Below the pieces are notes generated by a model. It saw only the letters and a program-made list of their open reading frames with translations, was not told where the DNA came from and did not search any database. A stretch of 40,952 nucleotides of DNA, from NCBI GenBank assembly GCA_011048615.1, contig DSDT01000198.1, positions 1 to 40,952 of the forward strand. The letters are read 5' to 3'. Below are positions 26,918 to 35,262 of the stretch, piece by piece. Each line of letters opens with the position of its first letter. The stretch's first letter is position 1. The translations under genes were made by a program, and so were the position numbers. The DNA comes from Chloroflexota bacterium (GTDB lineage: Bacteria; Chloroflexota; Anaerolineae; B4-G1).

Positions 26918-26946
26918 TTGACAGTCTAGTATCTCTGTGGTATCAT
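26918..26946 (+). promoter_or_regulatory. Promoter of the SAM riboswitch / mat transcript
   Basis: TTGACA-17 bp-TATCAT with an extended TG; back-to-back with the tRNA promoter. Confidence 0.75.
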
Positions 26947-26974
26947 CGGCGACAAATTGAATAGCCCGGCGATG

Positions 26975-27076
<102 letters not shown>

Positions 27077-27093
27077 GAGGTTCCGTGATGGTG

Positions 27094-27124
27094 CCCCTTC
27101 TATCCTCCAGGAGGGGATTTTTTT
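27094..27124 (+). terminator. Riboswitch expression-platform terminator
   Basis: CCCCTTCT-ATCCTCC-AGGAGGGG then ATTTTTTT; its 5' arm (CCTTCTATC) can instead pair with the P1 3' strand as an antiterminator. Confidence 0.8.
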
Positions 27125-27171
27125 ATCTGGGGCTGCCCCCGTCGGGGAAAATAGAGACAGGAGGTCTTGTT

Positions 27172-28359
27172 GTGACAGAACGAAACGTTGTGGTCGTGGA
27201 AGCGACCGGCCAGTTCATCGAGGATGTCCCCGTCGAAATTGTGGAACGGAAGGGGATCGGCCATCCCGATAGTCTGTGCGATGGGATTGCCGAGCGGGTA
27301 TCGGTGGAGTACAGCCGCTGGTGCCAGGAGAACCTGGGAGTGCTCCTCCATCACAATTTCGACAAGGTCCAGTTGGTGGCGGGAGAGGTGGACGTGACCT
27401 ACGGCGGTGGATGTATGCTGGTCCCCATGCGGATCCAAATCGCGGGCCGGGGTACGCCGGCGTTCCAGGGACAAAAAGTACCCATGGATGATATCGCCAT
27501 TCAGGCGGCCAAGCAGCACATTCGGGATACGATGCGCTGCCTGGACCCGGATCGGCACGTCGTCGTAGATAGTTATGCCGGCCGGGGGGCTGAGGAACTG
27601 CAGTACGTGGTGGATCACGTGACGGCCAACGATACCAGCTTTGGAGTCAGCCATTGGCCTCGCTCCAGGCTGGAGCACGCCGTCTACGAGACTGCCCAGC
27701 ACATCAATTACCGCTTGATAGACGAGTTCCCCATCGGCGAGGACGTCAAGGTGATGGGGCTGCGTCGCAATGGGCACTTGACGCTGACCGTCGCGCTGCC
27801 GTTGATGGCTCAGCGCATTGGTGACGCGGCCGAGTATCAGGAAGTCAAGCGGGCGACCGAGGCGGCGATCCAGGAGTACGCCTCGGGCCTCGACCATCGG
27901 TCGGTCACGGTGATGGTCAACACCGCCGACGACGTCGCCAACGACGCGGTCTACCTGACGTTGACCGGCACCTCGGCCGAGATGGGGGACGATGGATCGG
28001 TCGGGCGGGGTAATCGGGTCAATGGGGTCATCGCACCGTTCCGCTCCGCCAGCCTGGAGGCGGCCTGTGGCAAAAATCCCATCTCCCACGTGGGCAAGGT
28101 CTACAATGTGCTGGCTCTGTTGGCGGCCCAGGACATTGTGGCCCAGATTCCGACGGTGCGGGCGGTCACGGTCTACGTCCTCTCGCAGATCGGCGCGCCA
28201 TTGGACCGGCCGCTGGTGGCGACGGCACTGGTTCATCCCGCCAATGGCCCACTCACGCCCGGCGTTCAAGCTGACGTGGAGAGTGTGCTCGACGAGCACC
28301 TGATCGGAGTCAATTCTATCCGGGAGCGGATGCTAGGCCAGGAGTTGACCTTGTTCTAG
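27172..28359 (+). CDS. mat: Methionine adenosyltransferase (SAM synthetase), archaeal type
   Basis: GGAGG SD and GTG at 27172; EIVERKGIGHPDSLCDGIAE, LHHNFDK, ANDTSFGV, GEDVKVMG, YLTLTGTSAEMGDDGSVGRGNRVNG, SLEAACGKNPISHVGKVYN are archaeal-type MAT motifs. Confidence 0.92.
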   Translation: MTERNVVVVEATGQFIEDVPVEIVERKGIGHPDSLCDGIAERVSVEYSRWCQENLGVLLHHNFDKVQLVAGEVDVTYGGGCMLVPMRIQIAGRGTPAFQGQKVPMDDIAIQAAKQHIRDTMRCLDPDRHVVVDSYAGRGAEELQYVVDHVTANDTSFGVSHWPRSRLEHAVYETAQHINYRLIDEFPIGEDVKVMGLRRNGHLTLTVALPLMAQRIGDAAEYQEVKRATEAAIQEYASGLDHRSVTVMVNTADDVANDAVYLTLTGTSAEMGDDGSVGRGNRVNGVIAPFRSASLEAACGKNPISHVGKVYNVLALLAAQDIVAQIPTVRAVTVYVLSQIGAPLDRPLVATALVHPANGPLTPGVQADVESVLDEHLIGVNSIRERMLGQELTLF

Positions 28360-28369
28360 CTGTTCTCTG

Positions 28370-28408
28370 TCCCGAGACCCTAAAAGGTCTGCTTTTAGGG
28401 TCTCGGGA
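28370..28408. terminator. Perfect 17-bp hairpin between convergent mat and korB (bidirectional terminator or palindromic repeat)
   Basis: TCCCGAGACCCTAAAAG-GTCTG-CTTTTAGGGTCTCGGGA. Confidence 0.7.
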
Positions 28409-28418
28409 ATGGGGAGGC

Positions 28419-29291
28419 TCAGGCCATCTCTGCCTGGAGAGCTTGGAACTGCTCTGCTCGCAGCTTTTCCAACGGTTGATCCACCAGCGGGCCGGCTTGG
28501 AGGGCCGGGATCTGTTCCTCGTAGGTCGGGAGCGGCTCACTGCGGTAAACGATGCCTATGGGGATGCGGTCGCCCCACTCGAACGCTTTCTGCCAAGCGG
28601 CCGGGCGGTCGCTGGGATCGTAACCCTCCTCTTCCTCCAGCTTGTAGACCCGTTCGTTGTAAAAGTCGTAGGCATAGTTCCGGTTAAAGGTCACGCAGGG
28701 CTGGAGGACGTCCACCAGGGCGTAGCCGGGGTGCTGCAGCGCCTCGCCGATCAGCCAGGCCAGGTGTTTTAGCTCGCCCGAGTAGCCCCTGGCGACGAAG
28801 GTGGCGCCGGCAGTGATGGCCAGGGCCAACGGCTGCACTGGCTGCTCGATGGCGCCATGCGGCGAGGTCGGCGTGCGCTTGCCCTGCTCGCTGGTGGGAG
28901 AGTACTGGCCCTTTGTCAGGCCATAGATGCGATTGTCCTGTACCACGTCCACAATGTTCAGATTGCGCCGCACGGTGTTGAGAAAGTGGCTCAGCCCTTC
29001 TCCATAGCCATCCCCGTCGCCGTGGACGGCAATGATCGGCAGGCCGTGGTTGGCGAGACGGGCGCCGGTCGCCACGGTCAGCGTCCGTCCATGGAGGGTG
29101 TGGAACCCGGTTATCTTCATATAGTGGGGCAGTTTGCTGCCGCAGCCGACTCCCGTGACGATAAAGGCCTGGTGGGGGGCGATGTTTTGTTCGACCAGCG
29201 CCATTTTGATCCCGTTGAGGATGGCGTGATTGCCGCAGCCCGGGCACCAGGTGGGTCGTTCCTTTCCTTCAAAGTCTTGGCGCGTCAACAT
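28419..29291 (-). CDS. korB: 2-oxoacid:ferredoxin oxidoreductase beta subunit (TPP-binding)
   Basis: PTWCPGCGN, GVGCGSK, HTLHGR, GDGD, YGLTKGQYSPT, VLQPCVTFN. Confidence 0.92.
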   Translation of the reverse strand: MLTRQDFEGKERPTWCPGCGNHAILNGIKMALVEQNIAPHQAFIVTGVGCGSKLPHYMKITGFHTLHGRTLTVATGARLANHGLPIIAVHGDGDGYGEGLSHFLNTVRRNLNIVDVVQDNRIYGLTKGQYSPTSEQGKRTPTSPHGAIEQPVQPLALAITAGATFVARGYSGELKHLAWLIGEALQHPGYALVDVLQPCVTFNRNYAYDFYNERVYKLEEEEGYDPSDRPAAWQKAFEWGDRIPIGIVYRSEPLPTYEEQIPALQAGPLVDQPLEKLRAEQFQALQAEMA

Positions 29292-29292
29292 C

Positions 29293-31044
29293 TTACACCT
29301 CCTCCGGCAAATGAGCTAGAATGTACTCGGGCGTAAAGGGTCGGCCATCGTAGCGGCGAATTGCACCGGCGACCGAGCGGCCGGTTCGGGTGTGTAGCAA
29401 GGTCTCCAGTTGCCCGGTGCTGTTTCCCTCCACAACGATGGTCCGGTTCGTCTCGGCCAGAGCGGCCTGGGTAGCGGTCAGCGGGAAGGGATGGAGCGCG
29501 CCAAAGTGCAGCAGGTTCGCGCGCCGGGGCTGCTCGGCGTTGAGCCGGTCCACCGCCTCTCGCAGCGGGCCGTAGGTGGAGCCCCAGCACAGCAGGGTGG
29601 TCTCGGCCTCCTGCGGGCCGTACCAGGTTGGCTGCGGCACGTCCTCCTCGGCGCCCTGCATCTTGCGGGCCCGTTTGTTCACCTGGGCCACTCGATTGGC
29701 CGCATCCTCGCTGATGGCGCCGTATTCGTCGTGCTCGTTGGCGGTGGTGGTCCAGACTGCATTGGGGTGACCTGGCACGGCGCGGGGCGAGATGCCGGAC
29801 TCGGTGAACTTGAAGCGGCGGTAAGGCTCTTCCAAACTGTCCAACTGTTCTTTGGTCAGCAGTTCTCCCCGGTCTATTTCCACCGCGTCAAAGTTCAGCC
29901 CGTCCATCTCCAGGGTGCGGTACGCGACGGCCAGATAGTGGTCGCTGAGGACCAGGGCCGGGGTCTGGTACCGTTCTGCCAGGTTGAAGGACTGCCATCC
30001 GCTGTCGAACGCCTCCTCGATGGTGCCCGGGGTCAGGATGAAGCGGGGGAATTCGCCCTGGGAGGCGTGCAGCATGAACAGCAGGTCGCCCTGCTCGGTG
30101 CGGGTGGGCAGGCCGGTGGCTGGTCCGGGACGCTGGGCGTTGTAGACGACGATGGGGGTTTCGGTGATGCCGGCCAGGCCCAGCGCCTCGACCATCAGGG
30201 AGAACCCGCCGCCGGAGGTGGGGACCAGGGAGCGGGCGCCGACGTAGGCCGCGCCCACAGCCATGTTGATGGCCGCGATCTCGTCCTCGGCGTGTTTGGT
30301 GACGACGCTGTACTCGTCGGCGTGGGCGACGAACCAGTGCAGGACGGGCGAGCCGGGGGTCATCGGGTAGGCCGCGACGAAACGACAGCCGCCAGCCAAC
30401 GCGCCCAGGGAGAAGGATTCGGTGCCGTTGAGGCACAGCCGGGGCGGGGCGTCAGGCACGGCCTCCAGTCGGAAGGGGTATTCCTGCTGGAAAGGGCGCG
30501 AGGCCTCGATGCCGGCCTCAACGACGCGCAGATTGGCATTCACCACGGCTTCCCCTTTGGGGGCAAAGTTATCGCGGATGACGCTTTCCATGTACGCGGG
30601 ATCGAATCCGAGCAGGTTGGCCGCAACTCCCAGGATCACCGTGTTGCGCATCACTGGACGACCTCCCTTTTCCTCGGCCAATGCGGTCAAGGGGACGGGG
30701 AAGAAACTGACGTCGGGGCGGCGCAGGTCGTCGGACAGCTCGTCTTGCTGATCCTGGTCGTAGACCACCGCGCCGCCCTCGACGAGAGTGTTTACGTGCC
30801 GCCGGATCGTTTCCACGTCCAGGGCGAGCAGCAGGTGGATCGGCTCGGCGTGGGAGTAGAGCGGCTGTCGAGCGGCGCGGATGGAGAAAAAGTTGTGGCC
30901 GCCCCGGACGCGGGAGTAATAGTCGGGCAGGCCAAAGACATAGAGGCCGCCGCGTGTCAGCGCTTTGGCGAATCCGGCCCCGCTGGATTCCAGTCCCATC
31001 CCCGCCTCACCGCCGATGCGGATAGTGAGGTCGTTCTGTATCAT
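29293..31044 (-). CDS. korA: 2-oxoacid:ferredoxin oxidoreductase alpha subunit (gamma-alpha fusion)
   Basis: IGGEAGMG, YSRVRGGHN, AYPMTP, EDEIAA, TSGGGFSLMVE, RPGPATGLPTRTEQGDL, WGSTYG, VEGNSTGQL. Confidence 0.92.
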   Translation of the reverse strand: MIQNDLTIRIGGEAGMGLESSGAGFAKALTRGGLYVFGLPDYYSRVRGGHNFFSIRAARQPLYSHAEPIHLLLALDVETIRRHVNTLVEGGAVVYDQDQQDELSDDLRRPDVSFFPVPLTALAEEKGGRPVMRNTVILGVAANLLGFDPAYMESVIRDNFAPKGEAVVNANLRVVEAGIEASRPFQQEYPFRLEAVPDAPPRLCLNGTESFSLGALAGGCRFVAAYPMTPGSPVLHWFVAHADEYSVVTKHAEDEIAAINMAVGAAYVGARSLVPTSGGGFSLMVEALGLAGITETPIVVYNAQRPGPATGLPTRTEQGDLLFMLHASQGEFPRFILTPGTIEEAFDSGWQSFNLAERYQTPALVLSDHYLAVAYRTLEMDGLNFDAVEIDRGELLTKEQLDSLEEPYRRFKFTESGISPRAVPGHPNAVWTTTANEHDEYGAISEDAANRVAQVNKRARKMQGAEEDVPQPTWYGPQEAETTLLCWGSTYGPLREAVDRLNAEQPRRANLLHFGALHPFPLTATQAALAETNRTIVVEGNSTGQLETLLHTRTGRSVAGAIRRYDGRPFTPEYILAHLPEEV

Positions 31045-31068
31045 GAGGGTTCTCCTTGTTGCTGCTGT

Positions 31069-31617
31069 CTATCCGATGAAGAATGGGTATTCTTCGTCGT
31101 CCCACCAGGTGCCATTTTGGGTGAGGTAATTGTGGGTGTTCTGCAGCAGGCGGTAGTGGGCATCCTCCTGTTTCACTAGAAACTCGTAGGCCTGGCGGGC
31201 GTGAGAGTCGTCAGTCTCCTCGGCTCCCTGGGCGTAAATCTCGCGCGAGATGCGTTCGGTCTCCAGTCCGAATTCCAGGGCGGCGATGTCCCCTTGCAGC
31301 GAGACCTCCCGCTCAGGGGTGAAGACGGGCATGGGGTCGGGGGGTTCATCACCCGGCAGATCGGGATTGGCCGGATCCAGGGAAAAGTCGGTCTGCATCG
31401 CCTCATCGTAAGGGATCCAGCCCTGTCCTTCTTCCAAGGCACGATACTCGGCCAGCAGCAACCTGAGGTGATCCTCCTCCTGATTGGCCAGGTCGAGGAA
31501 CATGGCCCGGCCCCGTTCACTGGAGGCCCGTTCGGCGGCCTGGGTGTAAAAGTTGTATCCATCTCGTTCCAGGCTCATGCCACGCCGTAGAATACCTTGA
31601 GGTGTGTTCCAGTCCAT
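31069..31617 (-). CDS. Ferritin-like (rubrerythrin-family) di-iron protein without a rubredoxin domain
   Basis: AAGGAG SD and ATG at 31617; E..GYNFY, LANQEEDH, E....EIY, LVKQEDAH give two ExxH motifs. Confidence 0.85.
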   Translation of the reverse strand: MDWNTPQGILRRGMSLERDGYNFYTQAAERASSERGRAMFLDLANQEEDHLRLLLAEYRALEEGQGWIPYDEAMQTDFSLDPANPDLPGDEPPDPMPVFTPEREVSLQGDIAALEFGLETERISREIYAQGAEETDDSHARQAYEFLVKQEDAHYRLLQNTHNYLTQNGTWWDDEEYPFFIG

Positions 31618-31695
31618 CGTTGTTCTCCTTTTATGTTCTATGCACGTGTTGATTGTCCAGTTCAAGTGTTCCGCTCGGCTTTGGGTGTGTGACTG

Positions 31696-32187
31696 TCACG
31701 TGTCCTGCGTTTCGGCCAGGCGGTTCAGGCGGTCCAACAGGGCCAAGACCTGATCGTTTTTTGGGATGTCGGCCATGTCATCGCCAAAGTGGGTGAATTG
31801 TATGATCCCCTGGCGGTCCACGACCAGCATGGCGGGCATGCGTCCCAATTTTAACAGCTTGACCTGCTGCCCATAGAGGTCAGCGACGGTATGCTTATAG
31901 TCCGCGAACCCGACGAAGGGGTACTGCTGCTCGTCCCACACCTGTTTGAAGCGGCGGGGGCCCTCGGGACCGATCACCAGAATCTCGGCGCGTCTCTGCC
32001 TGAAAGCGTCATACGCCTCGCGCAACTGCGCGAGATGCGCTCGACAGTAGGGTCACGTAAACCCCCGGGTAAACACCAACACCACGTTTTCCTGGGCCCG
32101 ATAATCCGACAGCCGGATCGTGCGGCCTTGTACGTCGGTCAGTTCAAAGTCTGGAGCGGCCTGACCCACGGCGATAGAGTCGGTCAT
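31696..32187 (-). CDS. Peroxiredoxin-like (AhpC/TSA/redoxin) selenoprotein, 163 aa, UxxC active site (Sec45)
   Basis: GAGGAGG SD; ATG overlaps the OsmC TGA. Reads MTDSIAVGQAAPDFELTDVQGRTIRLSDYRAQENVVLVFTRGFT-TGA(32053-32055)-PYCRAHLAQLREAY... in frame with ORF 31696..32025; SECIS-like hairpin follows. Confidence 0.88.
32013..32040 (-). promoter_or_regulatory. Putative bacterial SECIS element
   Basis: GCGC(AU)CUCGCGC-AGUU-GCGCGAG-GCGU hairpin; begins 12 nt after the UGA, apical loop 25 nt after it, G at loop position 2 followed by U. Confidence 0.7.
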
Positions 32188-32621
32188 GTCGTTTCCTCCT
32201 CTGCCAGGGATGACTGCACGGTGATCCCTTGGGTGAGCATCTTGTGGATGGGGCAGTGTTTAGAGACCATAAAGAGCCGCCGCTCCTCGTCCGGTGTCAG
32301 GTCGCCGATCAGCCGGATTTTCTCTGTGATTTGCTCGTGATACTCATCAATCCCTTCACACTGCTCACAATCCTCGGCAAAGACGCGGTCGTATGTCAAA
32401 TCGAGTTCCACCTCTTGCAAGGCGACCTCGCGATGCTGGGCATAGGTGTGCAGGACGATGGCCGTGCATGATCCCAGTCCCGACAGCAGCAAGCCGTAGG
32501 GGGTGAGGTGATGCACCTCCGCGACGGGATGGAACCGGGAATCGTCGGGATTGTGGGGGTCCATAGCCAAGACGTGGGTCTCGAATTGGCTGTTCTGACG
32601 GACAATGACTCGTTCTCCCAT
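32184..32621 (-). CDS. OsmC/Ohr-family protein
   Basis: TPYGLLLSGLGSCTAIVL..YA and SKHCPIHKML carry the two conserved Cys; extra EDCEQC. Confidence 0.85.
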   Translation of the reverse strand: MGERVIVRQNSQFETHVLAMDPHNPDDSRFHPVAEVHHLTPYGLLLSGLGSCTAIVLHTYAQHREVALQEVELDLTYDRVFAEDCEQCEGIDEYHEQITEKIRLIGDLTPDEERRLFMVSKHCPIHKMLTQGITVQSSLAEEETT

Positions 32622-32648
32622 GTTGTACCTCCTCTCAGTTGGGATTCT

Positions 32649-33380
32649 CTACTTGGGTTGGCCGACGACGGTCATATAGATGGTGCTTTCTGCGACGCCG
32701 TCCACGTCTAGCAGCGCGTTCGCTTCGTCGTCGTATAGCGCTGCGATCTGACAACTGCCGAGGCCCAGAGCCACGGCTGCCAGGGCGACGTTTTGAGCGA
32801 CATGGCCGGCGTCCAGGTAGATGTAGCGGTAAGCCCGCTGCTTGTACTTCCACTTGGAGCGTTCGAACACTGCCGTCCAGACAAAGACGAGATTCGCCCA
32901 GTACGCGATCTCTTGGTCAAGGGCGGCGTGAGCGATCTGGGTGCGGAAATCGCCGGCAGCCAGTTGTTCCAGGGCGTGCGGCTCGACCGCATAGTGGTAG
33001 ATGCCGGGCTCGATGTCCGCGACGGTGTGCACGACCAGGTAGGTCTCGATGGGGTACAGGGCGCCGGCTGAGGGGGCCGCGCGGAACCCTAACCCCTGGC
33101 TGGTCAGGGTGATCCCCTGTCCGGCCCACAACAGCTGCGACAGCTCGGCTTCTTCCAGCGGGGCATCTCGAAAGCGGCGCACGCTGCGCCGCTGCTGGAT
33201 GACGGTCCAGATCGGCGGCCCGTGCTCCACATGGGGTGCGCTGAGAGCGATCTGGGGGGCCGAGGGGTAGCGCTTGTAGGGCGGCGGCTTGTTTGCCCAA
33301 TCCAATCGCCCGCCGGGCAGATGGCCGCGCTGATATTTTGTCTCGCGTTGGAAGGCGTCTCCAATGTTGGATGAGATCAT
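32649..33380 (-). CDS. SagB/ThcOx-type FMN-dependent nitroreductase-family protein
   Basis: RRSVRRF, LSQLLWAGQG, RAAPSAGALYPIE.Y, KY..RAYRYIYLDAGHVAQN..LAA.ALGLGSC. Confidence 0.88.
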   Translation of the reverse strand: MISSNIGDAFQRETKYQRGHLPGGRLDWANKPPPYKRYPSAPQIALSAPHVEHGPPIWTVIQQRRSVRRFRDAPLEEAELSQLLWAGQGITLTSQGLGFRAAPSAGALYPIETYLVVHTVADIEPGIYHYAVEPHALEQLAAGDFRTQIAHAALDQEIAYWANLVFVWTAVFERSKWKYKQRAYRYIYLDAGHVAQNVALAAVALGLGSCQIAALYDDEANALLDVDGVAESTIYMTVVGQPK

Positions 33381-33426
33381 GCGTCGCTCCTATAGAGAAT
33401 GGCTGTCCCGTCGCTCTGGTGGTCTG

Positions 33427-33786
33427 CTAGAAGGGTTGTTTTTCCCGTGGACGGCGTTCTGGTATAGGCTGGATCGTTTTCTCACCTCGCAGGACCTCGT
33501 CCGAGACATAGAGCGCGCAGTAGCATGCTCCCCAGTCACGCAGATCGGGGTCGCGGTACTCGCACGGGCAGATGATGTCCCGGTCTTTTTCCTTGTCGCC
33601 GACTGCCAGCCGACAGGGGCAGGCCTGGTATCCATACCGTTCTCGGTTGATCAGCAAGCCCTCGACCAGTCCCCAGGTGAACTCGCGGTTGGGATTGAGG
33701 TGGTAGCCGGTAGACTCGGCCCATTGATCCAGGCTCGCGTACACTTGGTCTATTTTTTCTGGGGGGATGATAATCTCTTTAGTCAT
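33427..33786 (-). CDS. Ferredoxin:thioredoxin reductase catalytic-subunit-like protein (FTRc/FDR)
   Basis: ATG at 33786; [41 protein letters not shown] give the CPC/CPC/CxC motifs of FTR. Confidence 0.9.
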   Translation of the reverse strand: MTKEIIIPPEKIDQVYASLDQWAESTGYHLNPNREFTWGLVEGLLINRERYGYQACPCRLAVGDKEKDRDIICPCEYRDPDLRDWGACYCALYVSDEVLRGEKTIQPIPERRPREKQPF

Positions 33787-33788
33787 CT

Positions 33789-34079
33789 CTATAGCTCCAG
33801 TATCTGTGCCAGTTCCTCGGGCTTGAAGCCCACCACGCTCTGTTCGCCGTCCACCACCACAGTAGGGAAGGATGTCGCCGGGTTCCAACGGCGAACTTGC
33901 TCCACGGCCTCTTCTCGCTCGGAGCCGTGAAGCAGGTCTATGTAGATATAGTCGAATGCCACATCCTCGTCTTCGAGAAATTGGCGCGTCCGTTTGCACC
34001 AGATGCAAGTGGACAGGCCGTAGAATGTGATATGGTGCACTTCGTTCGCGCCGGATACATACCCTCTCGCTTGTACCAT
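33789..34079 (-). CDS. Glutaredoxin/NrdH-like protein (CIWC)
   Basis: AAGGAGG SD; [28 protein letters not shown] (cis-Pro), VVGFKPE. Confidence 0.88.
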   Translation of the reverse strand: MVQARGYVSGANEVHHITFYGLSTCIWCKRTRQFLEDEDVAFDYIYIDLLHGSEREEAVEQVRRWNPATSFPTVVVDGEQSVVGFKPEELAQILEL

Positions 34080-34132
34080 AATTTCCTCCTTGATGACTCT
34101 TGACTATTGGCAGGATTCGGTCGAAACCCGCG

Positions 34133-35245
34133 CTAATCGTTGACGATGGGCAGGCGAATGGTGAACGTGCTGCCCTCTCCGGGAGTGCTCTCCACAGTTA
34201 TTTCTCCTGCGTGCAGGTGGATCAATTCTCTGGCCAGAGCCAGGCCCAGGCCAGCTCCCTGTTGTTCCATTTTATCTCGGTCAATCTGCCGGAATCGTTC
34301 AAATAGATGGGGTATTTCGTTGGTGGCAATCCCGATGCCATAGTCGGTGACCGCTATCTCCACCCAGCCATCCATGACCTGAGTGCTCACCGTCACCCGG
34401 GAGCCCCTGTTTCGGGAGAACTTGATGCCATTCTCGATCAGCCGGCCCAGGGCGTTGGTAAAGATCGGTTCACATATCCGCACCGATGGCAGATCGGGAC
34501 TGGTGATCAATTCCAGGGCGATGCCCTTTTCTGCGGCGGCCGCCTTGTGCCGTTGGATAGTGGCCTGCAAGACGGCCTCCAGGTTGGGATGGATGCAGAC
34601 CAGCATGTGGTACTCGTCAGCCGCTCGACCGGTGTCTATTTGGACCATCATCATCAAGTCCTCCACCAGCCGGTTCAGACGGTCGGCTCCACGCTTGATG
34701 CCCTGCAAATAGTCCGTGATGCCCTCGACCGAGTCGGGAACTTCTTCCAGTGCCAGTTCGGTGTACCCCCGGACGTAGGTGAGGGGGGTCCGCAGTTCGT
34801 GCCCTAACACATTGGCGATCTGCTGCTTGAGTTTTTCGAACTGCTCCTCTGAGGCTTCCTGAATGGCCTGAGCGCGCCCCAGCCGACTGCTGACTGCCAC
34901 GACCAGCTCCTCGGGATCAAAGGGCTTGGTGAGGTAATCCTCGGCTCCCATCCCCTTCCCCTTTAGTTTGTCCTCCCGCTCGGCCTTGGCGGTCAAAAAG
35001 ATAAACGGCACGGTTATCCACTCTGGATGGATGCGGATGGCCTCGTAAAGGGCGTACCCGTCCATGCGGGGCATCATAATGTCGGCGATGATCAGATTCG
35101 GCTTGATCTCCTCCATCAGCTCCAGCGCATTGATGCCATCGGTAGCAGTAAAGACGGTGTAACCCTCTCCTTCCAGAATACCCTGGATGGCTGCCAGTAG
35201 AGGCTCGTGGTCGTCTACGACCAGGATGCGTTGTTTGTTCATCAT
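34133..35245 (-). CDS. Hybrid response regulator-histidine kinase (REC-HisKA-HATPase)
   Basis: [32 protein letters not shown]; [30 protein letters not shown]. Confidence 0.9.
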   Translation of the reverse strand: MMNKQRILVVDDHEPLLAAIQGILEGEGYTVFTATDGINALELMEEIKPNLIIADIMMPRMDGYALYEAIRIHPEWITVPFIFLTAKAEREDKLKGKGMGAEDYLTKPFDPEELVVAVSSRLGRAQAIQEASEEQFEKLKQQIANVLGHELRTPLTYVRGYTELALEEVPDSVEGITDYLQGIKRGADRLNRLVEDLMMMVQIDTGRAADEYHMLVCIHPNLEAVLQATIQRHKAAAAEKGIALELITSPDLPSVRICEPIFTNALGRLIENGIKFSRNRGSRVTVSTQVMDGWVEIAVTDYGIGIATNEIPHLFERFRQIDRDKMEQQGAGLGLALARELIHLHAGEITVESTPGEGSTFTIRLPIVND

Positions 35246-35262
35246 CTCCCTCCGATTGTAAC

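Noticed and set aside
29410-31179. 589-aa plus-strand ORF
   Set aside because: Antisense shadow of korA, expected with GC-rich codon usage; no recognisable motifs. The same applies to 27100..28299, 18626..19681, 35677..36813 and the same-strand off-frame ORF 6681..7748.
31618-31695. Repeated GAAC(A) words in the gap between the Prx and ferritin-like genes
   Set aside because: Irregular spacing that matches no operator or promoter geometry I can support.
31696-32025. The 109-aa TTG-start ORF as the real gene, or the locus as a nonsense pseudogene
   Set aside because: It lacks the active site and an SD. The upstream in-frame ATG is coupled to OsmC, the TGA sits exactly at the catalytic Cys position, a SECIS-like hairpin follows, and there is no other sign of decay.
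32053-32055. Genome-wide UGA reassignment to Trp or Gly
   Set aside because: TGA ends other genes at their expected C-termini (mtaB at the GTGA overlap, OsmC at the ATGA overlap, greA, korA), and Trp is coded by TGG.
32649-33380. Thiazole/oxazole RiPP biosynthetic cluster suggested by the SagB-type protein
   Set aside because: No YcaO cyclodehydratase, precursor peptide or exporter nearby; the context is redox metabolism.
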